NCBI GenBank assembly: GCA_964431555.1
Contig: CAYSJW010000004.1
Location: forward strand, 9,951-73,950
DNA from: an uncultured Gammaproteobacteria bacterium
Lineage (GTDB): Bacteria > Patescibacteriota > Microgenomatia > UBA8517
DNA length: 64,000 bases
Direction: 5' to 3'
This document shows, one piece after another, positions 1-7,774 of the stretch (position 1 is the stretch's first letter; each line of letters opens with the position of its first letter). The notes under the pieces are model-generated. The model did not search any database and was not told the origin of the DNA. It saw nothing but the letters and a program-made list of their open reading frames with translations. Position numbers and translations under genes: made by a program.

Positions 1-1574
1 TCATTCCAACCTTCTACAACTTTATCCCTCAACTCTTCATATGAGCCTATTACATCAAAGTATCCACATTTTTTGCATTCCCAGATGGGAAGAGCTAGTC
101 CCCAATATCTATTTTTCTTGGAAATTAACCAATCTCCCATATTCGTAAGCCAATCAATTTCTCTTTCCAATCCAAACTCCGGTATCCATTTAATCTTTTT
201 AGCATTATCTATCATTCTCTGGCGGAGCGTTCTTTTATCCTTCTCTCCTTCTTTGATGGAAACTTTATCCATAGCAAGATACCACTCCTCCGTCACTTTC
301 CAAACTAACTCTGTTTTACATCTCCAACACGCCGGGTACCTATGTGTGTACTTTTCAATTTTGTAAGAAAATCCTTTACTTTCCATATAATCAAGAACTA
401 ATCTAGGATTATCTTTCGCATTCTTTCCACTTAAAAAATCAAAACCTTCTAAATATGAAGCGTCATCATTAATTACAGGAATTAAAGGTAAATTTAGTTT
501 TTTACCCAATTTAAAATCCTCAGTTCCCGCAGAAACAGCTGTATGAACCAACCCCGTACCCTCATCTTCACTTATAGGCATGATTAGGTCATCAGTGGGA
601 ATCACCTTATGAAAATAAGGATGAGAAATAAATTTTTTCACAGCGGGCATATAATCAAAAGCACTTCTATAACTCAAGCCCAAGAGTTTACTTCCTTTTA
701 CTTTATCCAAAACCCGATATTTAACCCGATTAAAAACCCTATCTTTAGTACCCTGCGCTAGCCAAAATTTCTTTCCATCCTCCACTTCCACTAAGATGTA
801 ATCAAATTTTTCATCGACTGCGATAGCCACATTTGCAGGTATTGTCCAAGGAGTAGTTGTCCATACTAATAAATATTCATCTTTTCTACCTTCAATTGGA
901 AAAAGCATATATATTGATTCATGTGTTGCCTCCTTGTAATCCTCTGTTAGCATTTCATGCTGGGAAATAGCCGTTTCACATCTTGGACACCAAGGGACAG
1001 AACCATCACCTTTGTAAATCCATCCATTTTCATGACAAACCTTTAAAAAATGCCAAATCATGTAATTATTATCTTCTGATAAGGTGTAATACGAATTATC
1101 CCAATCTGCAAAATAACCCAATCTTTTTGATTGCTCTGTTTGAATGTTCGAGTATCTTTTAACCCTTTCTTTGCAACATTCTACAAACTTTTCTATTCCG
1201 TAATCCTCGATATCTTTTTTACTCTTAAAACCCAATTCCTTTTCTACTTCCACCTCAACCCACAATCCTTGACAATCAAATCCGTTTTGAAATCTTTGCC
1301 TGAAGCCTTTCATATTAAAAAACCTCTGCCATAAATCTTTATATGTCCTACCCCAAGCGTGATGGACTCCCATTGGATTATTTGCCGTTATAGGACCATC
1401 CAAAAAAGAGAAGATTTTCTTGCTCTTTATATTCTTTTGAAGATACCTTTTCAAAATGTTTTTCTCATCCCATCTCTTTAGAATATCTTCCTCCATCTTC
1501 GAAAAGTTCACCCTTACATTTACAGATTCAAAGAACGACCTCTTTCTAAAAACACCCTGCTTTTTATCTTCCAT
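1..1574 (-). CDS. ileS: Isoleucine--tRNA ligase, 5' part (runs off the window start)
   Basis: Absent from the ORF track. Manual translation of the minus strand gives FLDGPITANNPMGVHHAWGRTYKD (HIGH-like), GFDCQGLWVE, VWTTTPWTIPAN and GTGWVHTA. ATG at 1574. Confidence 0.93.
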   Translation of the reverse strand, partial: MEDKKQGVFRKRSFFESVNVRVNFSKMEEDILKRWDEKNILKRYLQKNIKSKKIFSFLDGPITANNPMGVHHAWGRTYKDLWQRFFNMKGFRQRFQNGFDCQGLWVEVEVEKELGFKSKKDIEDYGIEKFVECCKERVKRYSNIQTEQSKRLGYFADWDNSYYTLSEDNNYMIWHFLKVCHENGWIYKGDGSVPWCPRCETAISQHEMLTEDYKEATHESIYMLFPIEGRKDEYLLVWTTTPWTIPANVAIAVDEKFDYILVEVEDGKKFWLAQGTKDRVFNRVKYRVLDKVKGSKLLGLSYRSAFDYMPAVKKFISHPYFHKVIPTDDLIMPISEDEGTGLVHTAVSAGTEDFKLGKKLNLPLIPVINDDASYLEGFDFLSGKNAKDNPRLVLDYMESKGFSYKIEKYTHRYPACWRCKTELVWKVTEEWYLAMDKVSIKEGEKDKRTLRQRMIDNAKKIKWIPEFGLEREIDWLTNMGDWLISKKNRYWGLALPIWECKKCGYFDVIGSYEELRDKVVEGWN

Positions 1575-1714
1575 ATTGAGGTAATTTTACACTAAATAAA
1601 ATTATCTTGGAAGAACACAACTATGTAAAATATTTTAGGATTTATATTCAATTTACAAACTAAATCTCTTTAACTATCCCAAAATAACCATAATAATATG
1701 CTAATATAAATAAT

Positions 1715-2137
1715 ATGACTTGGTATTTAGCAGCATTTTTCTCAGCCTTATTTGCAGCTTTAACTTCGATTTTGGCAAAAATTGGCATAAAGGATATAGG
1801 TAGCAATCTCGCTACAGCCATAAGAACCACTGTTATATTATTCTTTAGCTGGGGTATAGTTCTCTTTCAAAACTCACTCTCAGATATATCTAAAATAAAT
1901 AAAAATTCTTGGTTATTTCTCATCTTATCAGGAATTGCCACAGGATTATCTTGGCTTTTTTATTTTTACGCTTTAAAGATTGGAGAAGCCAGTAAAGTGG
2001 TACCTATAGACAAACTTAGTTTAGTCATAACAATTATTTTAGCGGGCTTATTACTAAATGAAAAAATATCCTTTCAGGTCATTTTAGGCGCTTTACTTAT
2101 GACTATAGGATCAATCATAATTGCGATTACAAAATAG
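1715..2137 (+). CDS. EamA/DMT-superfamily small membrane transporter
   Basis: 140 aa, about 5 hydrophobic helices, motifs LAKIG, AIRT, ALKIGEASKVVPIDKLS. Confidence 0.85.
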   Translation: MTWYLAAFFSALFAALTSILAKIGIKDIGSNLATAIRTTVILFFSWGIVLFQNSLSDISKINKNSWLFLILSGIATGLSWLFYFYALKIGEASKVVPIDKLSLVITIILAGLLLNEKISFQVILGALLMTIGSIIIAITK

Positions 2138-2157
2138 AAAATTACTAAAAAAACTTC

Positions 2158-2847
2158 TCAAAGAAATTTTAAAAAAGTATACATCTCTTTTTTAATTAAT
2201 TCCTTTCCGTCATTTGCCGGATTATTCACTTTTTTGCTTACAATATTCATCCTCATTTCTTTCTCCGGATATGGTTTTAATAAATCAAATAATCTTTCAA
2301 AGTCTTTATTTTCCTCATTCAACCAGAAATCCTCATCACCTTTTTTAATTATCACAGGCATTCTTCGATGTATTTTTTTAACCAATTTATTTGCCGGGCA
2401 AGTTATTATTGCGCATGTATAATAATCCTTACCCTCCGCATCTAGAAAATCACTATAAACACCGGCAAATCCGAATAATTTCCTTCCCGGAAGATAAAAA
2501 TTAAAAGGGTATTTTTCAATTTTTCCCTCTAGATTAACATTTCCCCACTCATAAAAAGAATCTGCAATAATCAAACACCGCTTATTTAAAAGAAAATTTC
2601 CAAAAAAGGGTTTTTCTTTAAAAGATTCACTTCTCAAATTTATTGTCCCAGAACTCGCACCTCTATTCCAAATTAACCCCCACTTCATTAAAACAACTCT
2701 GTTAGGCGAATTCCTAATTATAACCGGAACTATCTGACTTGGCGCAATATTCCAGCTAGGTTTAAAAGCAAAAAGAGGTAATTTATTTGAAGTTTTAAAC
2801 CTTATATGAATCCTTTTTGGCTGACTTACTGTAAAACGACCACACAT
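2158..2847 (-). CDS. SOS response-associated peptidase (SRAP; YedK/HMCES-like abasic-site protein)
   Basis: N-terminal MCGRF (catalytic Cys2), NIAP, WGL, FYEW (Glu), IHRRMP (His), VNN. Confidence 0.93.
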   Translation of the reverse strand: MCGRFTVSQPKRIHIRFKTSNKLPLFAFKPSWNIAPSQIVPVIIRNSPNRVVLMKWGLIWNRGASSGTINLRSESFKEKPFFGNFLLNKRCLIIADSFYEWGNVNLEGKIEKYPFNFYLPGRKLFGFAGVYSDFLDAEGKDYYTCAIITCPANKLVKKIHRRMPVIIKKGDEDFWLNEENKDFERLFDLLKPYPEKEMRMNIVSKKVNNPANDGKELIKKEMYTFLKFL

Positions 2848-2859
2848 TAGTCTTGCAAT

Positions 2860-3537
2860 CTAAAACGGAATATCTTCTTTAATAGAATTCCCCTTTTGGG
2901 TGCAAATCCGATAATAACACCATTTACAATTTTCAGGATTTTCGGGAGGAACAGGACCGTTTAACAAAGCCGATATTTCTGAAATAAAATTGTAAAATCT
3001 TTCCATATCTTCGGTAATTTCAAACCAGTAAGGCTTTGCTTTAAAAATAACTTCATTTTTGGAAAACATAATTTCTTCAGGGTTGATAGCAACTACACCC
3101 ATCTTGCTAACTTTTTTTGGCTCACCCAAAGCAGGAAACTCCAAGGCAAATTTATAAGCGTGAAGCTGGGCAAAAAATTTTTGAATTTTATCTTCGGTGG
3201 GATCCGTAATTTTAAAATCAACAACACAGTAAGTCCCATTATCCAGCCTTGAAACAATATCAAACCTACCTCCTATAAAACAATCATTTAACGGAGGAAT
3301 TGGTTTTGATTTTAGAAATCCTTCCTTAATTTCTATTTTTCCTGCAGGCATATTAGAATTTATTTCTCTTAAGTCCATGCCTACTATTGCGTTTTGTAAA
3401 AGTATATTCATTTTTGTAAAAACACCCGGAATTCCTATAGATGGAAGTTCTTTGATAAATCCCTTTACCTTTTGGTAATAGCAGTGCTTACAATCCTCGT
3501 ACAAATATTTAAAATCCGATGGGCTTAATTTATACAT
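2860..3537 (-). CDS. PD-(D/E)XK nuclease, Cas4/RecB/AddB-like, probable Fe-S cysteines
   Basis: LSPSD..CKHC at the N-terminus, GRFD..VVDFK, QLHAY, C-terminal CKWC..C. The ATG at 3537 is preferred over the track start at 3594. Confidence 0.82.
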   Translation of the reverse strand: MYKLSPSDFKYLYEDCKHCYYQKVKGFIKELPSIGIPGVFTKMNILLQNAIVGMDLREINSNMPAGKIEIKEGFLKSKPIPPLNDCFIGGRFDIVSRLDNGTYCVVDFKITDPTEDKIQKFFAQLHAYKFALEFPALGEPKKVSKMGVVAINPEEIMFSKNEVIFKAKPYWFEITEDMERFYNFISEISALLNGPVPPENPENCKWCYYRICTQKGNSIKEDIPF

Positions 3538-3550
3538 TGTTACTTTAATG

Positions 3551-3579
3551 AGTATAAACACAAACCAAAACAAATGCAA
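3551..3579 (-). promoter_or_regulatory. Putative sigma70 promoter for the nuclease-SRAP pair
   Basis: TTGCAT-17 nt-TATACT on the minus strand, 13 nt before the ATG at 3537. Confidence 0.5.
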
Positions 3580-3595
3580 AAAAAATAATTTCACA

Positions 3596-3625
3596 TTGAC
3601 TTTTCATAAGATAAAGTCATATACT
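3596..3625 (+). promoter_or_regulatory. Putative sigma70 promoter for the CARDB gene, overlapped by an inverted repeat
   Basis: TTGACT-18 nt-TATACT, 8 nt before the ATG at 3634; TGACTTT-N9-AAAGTCA at 3597-3619. Confidence 0.55.
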
Positions 3626-3633
3626 TTAACCAA

Positions 3634-4287
3634 ATGGAAGATGAAAATAAATTAACACCTGCCTCCAAAACCGATAATATTACACAAAACAGGCTACCGA
3701 CAAAATGGATAATAATAGTCCTTTGCCTGATAATTCTTGGTTTAATAAGTTATATCGTCTTTTTAACAGCATCAAACAAAACCTCTAAACCGGCAGTAAC
3801 AGAAATTACACCAACCATAACCCAAGAAATAAAACCAACAGAGGAAATAATTCCAACATCAATAACTCCAACTATAAAATTAACAAATACACCGACTCTA
3901 ACTCCTTCATTAACACCAACTCCTTCATTAACACCAACTCCAACTCTCCAACCAAAAGCCGATCTTTATATAGATGAATATTCTTACAGTCCAGCCCCCA
4001 CACCAGTAAAAGGAGAGGAATTTACTGTAAGAATTGGAATTTATAATAAAGGGAATGCTCCAAGCGGCGCCTTCTACTGGGAATGGTGGCCAACTGCTTA
4101 TAATTACGCTTGTAGGGAAAGAATAGATGGTATTGCCGCAAGAGGAGGAAGAATAGTTACTTGTACATATACCTATGGAGGTTGGGCAAACTATAAAGTA
4201 AAAGCGGTAGTTGATGCCGATAATGAAGTTGACGAAAGTGACGAAACTAATAATGTTAGATCCGAAAACCTAATACCCATACATTAA
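3634..4287 (+). CDS. Membrane-anchored surface protein: TM helix, Thr/Pro-rich linker, C-terminal CARDB (Ig-like) domain
   Basis: Single N-terminal TM, (TP)n linker, ADL..I.NKG..VDADNEVDESDETNN CARDB signature. Confidence 0.8.
   Translation: MEDENKLTPASKTDNITQNRLPTKWIIIVLCLIILGLISYIVFLTASNKTSKPAVTEITPTITQEIKPTEEIIPTSITPTIKLTNTPTLTPSLTPTPSLTPTPTLQPKADLYIDEYSYSPAPTPVKGEEFTVRIGIYNKGNAPSGAFYWEWWPTAYNYACRERIDGIAARGGRIVTCTYTYGGWANYKVKAVVDADNEVDESDETNNVRSENLIPIH
3900..3941 (+). repeat. 18-bp tandem repeat, 2.3 copies, encoding TPSLTP
   Basis: aactccttcattaacacc x2 followed by aactcc. Confidence 0.85.
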
Positions 4288-4302
4288 ATTTCCAAGAAAA
4301 AA

Positions 4303-4554
4303 TCAATTAACAACTTTTTCTCCCGATAATATCTCACCCTCACTTTTAAGCAAAATCTCACCCAACCTTTTCAAGAATCTTTTTGCATGATCCTTACTCA
4401 TACCAATCCTAGCAACTATCCTATTCTGATTTGTTGGACCAATTCTCTGCATAACATCAAGAACTACTCCTTCAGTATTTACTATTATATTAATATTGTC
4501 TGTATATAATATCGGAGTGGTATCTAGATTTATACTCACCTTTATATTTTGCAT
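4303..4554 (-). CDS. DUF3467-like small protein
   Basis: LYTDNINI..VVLD..IVARIGMS..HAKRF pattern. The start may lie upstream at CTG 4575 (see findings). Confidence 0.65.
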   Translation of the reverse strand: MQNIKVSINLDTTPILYTDNINIIVNTEGVVLDVMQRIGPTNQNRIVARIGMSKDHAKRFLKRLGEILLKSEGEILSGEKVVN

Positions 4555-4681
4555 ACTCTTTGTCTTATCTTTCAGAATTCTTCACCTCCTCTTCGCACAA
4601 ATAAAATCTCTAAATTTAACCACTATTACAATATAATCCTGCAAAAAAATTGTCCGTTTTTTAAATAACCCAAAAATTCAG

Positions 4682-4711
4682 TTAACAATATGTTTACAGA
4701 TATTGTATAAT
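4682..4711 (+). promoter_or_regulatory. Putative sigma70 promoter
   Basis: TTAACA (4682-4687), 18 nt, TATAAT (4706-4711). Confidence 0.5.
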
Positions 4712-4717
4712 ATTTTA

Positions 4718-4819
4718 AGTGGAATAAAAGGCAAAAACCAATTATTCCACCAGATCCCAAAACCTTAGGTTAAAGATCGAGAAAGAGCTGAGGTAAAATT
4801 CAGCTCTTTCTTTTTACCT
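4718..4819 (+). ncRNA. Candidate structured small RNA or leader upstream of yjbQ
   Basis: Starts about 7 nt after TATAAT. Stem GTGGAATAA/TTATTCCAC (4719-4750), a GATC..AACC/GGTT..GATC stem, then a terminator hairpin. No known family recognised. Confidence 0.45.
4780..4815 (+). terminator. Intrinsic terminator-like hairpin
   Basis: 12-bp perfect stem AGAAAGAGCTGA/TCAGCTCTTTCT with an 8-nt loop, followed by a T-run. Confidence 0.7.
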
Positions 4820-4843
4820 TATAAAATAGTATAAATCTAGAAA

Positions 4844-5260
4844 ATGAAATCTATAACAAAATATCTAACATTTGAAACAAAAGAAAGAATCGAATTTGTA
4901 AACATCACAAAAGATATACTAAAAATTGTTGATGAAAGTGGAATTACTGAGGGAATTTGCTTAATTAACTCTATGCACATAACCTCATCTATCTTTATCA
5001 ACGACGAAGAAGAGGGTTTGAAAGAAGACTTTAAAAAGTGGTTAGAGAATCTTGCCCCATACTCTCCATCAAGGTACATGCACAATTTAACGGGAGAGGA
5101 TAATGCACATGCTCATTTAAAGCGCACTATTATGGGAAGGGAAGTAGTGGTTGCCATAACCAAAGGTAAATTAGATCTTGGTCCCTGGGAAGAAATCTTT
5201 TATGCAGAGTTTGACGGAAAAAGACCAAAAAAAGTACTTGTAAAATTAATTGGTATTTAG
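4844..5260 (+). CDS. yjbQ: YjbQ/UPF0047 family protein
   Basis: [35 protein letters not shown]. Confidence 0.92.
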   Translation: MKSITKYLTFETKERIEFVNITKDILKIVDESGITEGICLINSMHITSSIFINDEEEGLKEDFKKWLENLAPYSPSRYMHNLTGEDNAHAHLKRTIMGREVVVAITKGKLDLGPWEEIFYAEFDGKRPKKVLVKLIGI

Positions 5261-5338
5261 CTCACCTTCTTTGTCATAGAAAAAAGTCAACCTGCAAAAA
5301 TATTTCCTCCGTATTGAAAAAAATAATAAAATAAAATT

Positions 5339-6406
5339 ATGAAAAAGGCAGTTATTTATAAAAAACTTAGCAATAAAGTTGTAGAATGTTTAGCCTGTAG
5401 CTGGTATTGTAAAATCCCTGAAAATATGGTTGGTCTTTGTGCCACCCGTTACAATATGGGGGGTAATCTTTACTCTCTTGTTTATGGAAGACCGGTGGGG
5501 TTGGCAATCGATCCAGTCGAAAAAAAACCACTTTACCATTTTCTTCCTGGATCAAAAATACTATCTTTTGGCACAGTCGGTTGTAATTTCGGTTGCCTAT
5601 TTTGTCAAAATTTTGAAATGAGCCAAACCAATAAAAACGTCATTAAAAATATTAAAAACAAGAAATATTTAAAAAAAACTTTAGACAAAATCATCGACCA
5701 ATTCTCTTCACAAATGTCACCCATTCAAATAATCAAATTAGCCCTTAAAAACCAAGTACAAGGTATAGCTTATACATATAATGAACCGGCAATTTTTGTC
5801 GAATTTGCATACGAAACTGCAAAACTGGCCAAAAGATATGGCCTTAAAAACATTTACGTATCCAACGGCTTTGAATCACCAGAGGCTTTCTCATATATAA
5901 AAAAATACCTAGATGCTATAAATATAGATCTGAAAAGTTTCAGAAATGAATTTTATAATAAAATATGTTTCTCAAAAATTGAGCCGGTACTTAAAAATAT
6001 TAAAATCTTTTTTAAAAGTGGTATAGAAACAGAAATAACCACTCTCATCATACCAACTCTTAACGACTCTTTAGAAGAATTACAAGATATCGCCAAATTC
6101 TTGGCATCAATTTCAAAAGATATACCTTGGCATATTAGTGCTTTTTATCCAGCTTATAAAATGATTAGCTTCCCTCCAACACCTCATGAAACTTTAGATA
6201 AAGCCTATAAAATTGGTTTAGATCAAGGCTTAAAATATATTTATCAAGGCAATGTTTATAATCCCGAAAAATCTTCCACTTTTTGCCCAAAATGTAAAAT
6301 TTTATTGATAAAAAGGGAAAACTATGATGTAAGTATCGAAAAAATAGATCTAAAAAACGGTCGCTGTTTAAATTGTCATGAAAAGATTTATGGAATCTGG
6401 CATTAG
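5339..6406 (+). CDS. amrS: AmmeMemoRadiSam system radical SAM enzyme
   Basis: N-terminal CxxCxxxC, DPVEKKPLYHF, GCNFGCLFCQN (CxxxCxxC), AYTYNEP, PWHIS, C-terminal CPKC..CLNC. Confidence 0.93.
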   Translation: MKKAVIYKKLSNKVVECLACSWYCKIPENMVGLCATRYNMGGNLYSLVYGRPVGLAIDPVEKKPLYHFLPGSKILSFGTVGCNFGCLFCQNFEMSQTNKNVIKNIKNKKYLKKTLDKIIDQFSSQMSPIQIIKLALKNQVQGIAYTYNEPAIFVEFAYETAKLAKRYGLKNIYVSNGFESPEAFSYIKKYLDAINIDLKSFRNEFYNKICFSKIEPVLKNIKIFFKSGIETEITTLIIPTLNDSLEELQDIAKFLASISKDIPWHISAFYPAYKMISFPPTPHETLDKAYKIGLDQGLKYIYQGNVYNPEKSSTFCPKCKILLIKRENYDVSIEKIDLKNGRCLNCHEKIYGIWH

Positions 6407-7181
6407 AAAACCAGCTGTTTCAGGAATATTTTACCCTAGTAAAAGCGAACAATTAGCCAGGGATTTAAAAAATTTTTTGGACAAAAGTAAAAAAATAGTC
6501 CCTTCAAAAACAAAAATAAAAGCCTTAATTGTTCCACACGCAGGTTTAATTTATTCTGGCTACACCGCAGCACGTGCCTATAAACAGCTACCTTTAAAAT
6601 TAAAACCTGCCAACTTTATTCTAATTGGTCCAAGCCATCATTATTATTTTAAGGGAATTGCCCAAAGCCGAGCAAAATGCTGGGAAACACCGCTTGGTAA
6701 AGTTACACATAAAACAATTCATTGTAAAAATAAAGACATACTTTTCAACGATAATTACCACGCAAATGAACATTGTCTAGAAGTTCAAATTCCCTTCCTT
6801 CAACATCTATATGGAAAAAAACTAACTATTTCTTGTTTTTTAACTGGACAAATAGATAATTTAGAAAATATAACCGATGAACTTTTAAAATATGAAAAAG
6901 ATAATATTTTTATAATATCCTCCGATCTTTCCCACTATCTACCAAAAAAGGTTGCCGAAGAGAAAGACAAAACTACCATAAATGAAATCTTAAACTTGGA
7001 TACTATTTATTTTAGTCAAAACGACAACACCGCCTGTGGATCAACTGGAATAACTATTCTCTTAGAAATGGCCAAGAAGAAAAACTGGAAAAGAAAAATG
7101 GTTTACTATGACACTTCTGCAACTTATTCTTATAACGTGTTATCTGTTGTGGGTTATACAAGTATAATCTTTTATGTTTAA
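6390..7181 (+). CDS. amrB: AmmeMemoRadiSam system protein B (MEMO1 family)
   Basis: IRKPAVSG.FYP, PHAG..YSG, GPSH, EHCLEVQ, SSDLSHY, CG, VVGY. Start at 6390 preferred over 6378. Confidence 0.92.
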   Translation: MESGIRKPAVSGIFYPSKSEQLARDLKNFLDKSKKIVPSKTKIKALIVPHAGLIYSGYTAARAYKQLPLKLKPANFILIGPSHHYYFKGIAQSRAKCWETPLGKVTHKTIHCKNKDILFNDNYHANEHCLEVQIPFLQHLYGKKLTISCFLTGQIDNLENITDELLKYEKDNIFIISSDLSHYLPKKVAEEKDKTTINEILNLDTIYFSQNDNTACGSTGITILLEMAKKKNWKRKMVYYDTSATYSYNVLSVVGYTSIIFYV

Positions 7182-7713
7182 AAATAAAGAAAAACTGGCA
7201 AAATTTGCCATAGAATATTATTTTTACAACAAACAAGAACCAGATATAAAAGAAAACCAAGTATCACCATACTTAAGAAAAATTATTCCCTGTTTTGTTA
7301 CTTTATACATAGACAACAAACTAAGAGGTTGTATAGGAAACTATTCAACTGATCAACCGCTTTTCAAAAACATTATAGAAAATGCAATAAAATCAGCTTT
7401 TTTTGATTTCAGATTCCCACAATTAAGTAAAAACGAACTCCAAAAACTTAAAATAAATGTATCTTGCTTAACCCCCTTAAAAAAACTTAATTTGAAAGAC
7501 AAAGATAAAATTATAAAATATTTAAATAAATACAAACCCGGATTACTGATAAAAAGCAGTTTTAATATCGCATTATTCTTACCTCAGGTGTGGGTCCAAC
7601 TACCTAACGCTAAAGATTTTCTATCGGAACTTTGCCTAAAAGCTGGTTTGTCTTCGAATTACTGGGAAAAAAATAAATGCGATTTGCAATACTTTACTTT
7701 CAAAACCTTCTAA
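7174..7713 (+). CDS. amrA: AmmeMemoRadiSam system protein A (AMMECR1 family)
   Basis: FVTL..LRGCIG, D.RF, LFLPQV, LCLKAG. Confidence 0.92.
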   Translation: MFKNKEKLAKFAIEYYFYNKQEPDIKENQVSPYLRKIIPCFVTLYIDNKLRGCIGNYSTDQPLFKNIIENAIKSAFFDFRFPQLSKNELQKLKINVSCLTPLKKLNLKDKDKIIKYLNKYKPGLLIKSSFNIALFLPQVWVQLPNAKDFLSELCLKAGLSSNYWEKNKCDLQYFTFKTF

Positions 7714-7774
7714 CTTATACCTGCAAAAGTATATTTTAAAATAAAATATCTTACTGCAAGAGAATCTTATGAAT

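Noticed and set aside
73-1334. Plus-strand ORFs 73-366 and 1131-1334
   Set aside because: Antisense shadows of ileS, which the track missed because it is truncated at the window edge
1575-1714. T-box leaders upstream of ileS (and of glyS at 41050-41136)
   Set aside because: Spacers are short, no GGTGGNACCGCG motif, and -10 boxes lie right next to the start codons
2860-3537. CRISPR-Cas locus suggested by the Cas4-like protein
   Set aside because: No repeat-spacer array, cas1/cas2 or effector gene seen in the window
4718-4819. Assigning the structured RNA to c-di-GMP-I, SAM, TPP, SRP or tRNA families
   Set aside because: Only a GGCAAA fragment resembles c-di-GMP-I; the other consensus elements and a cloverleaf are missing
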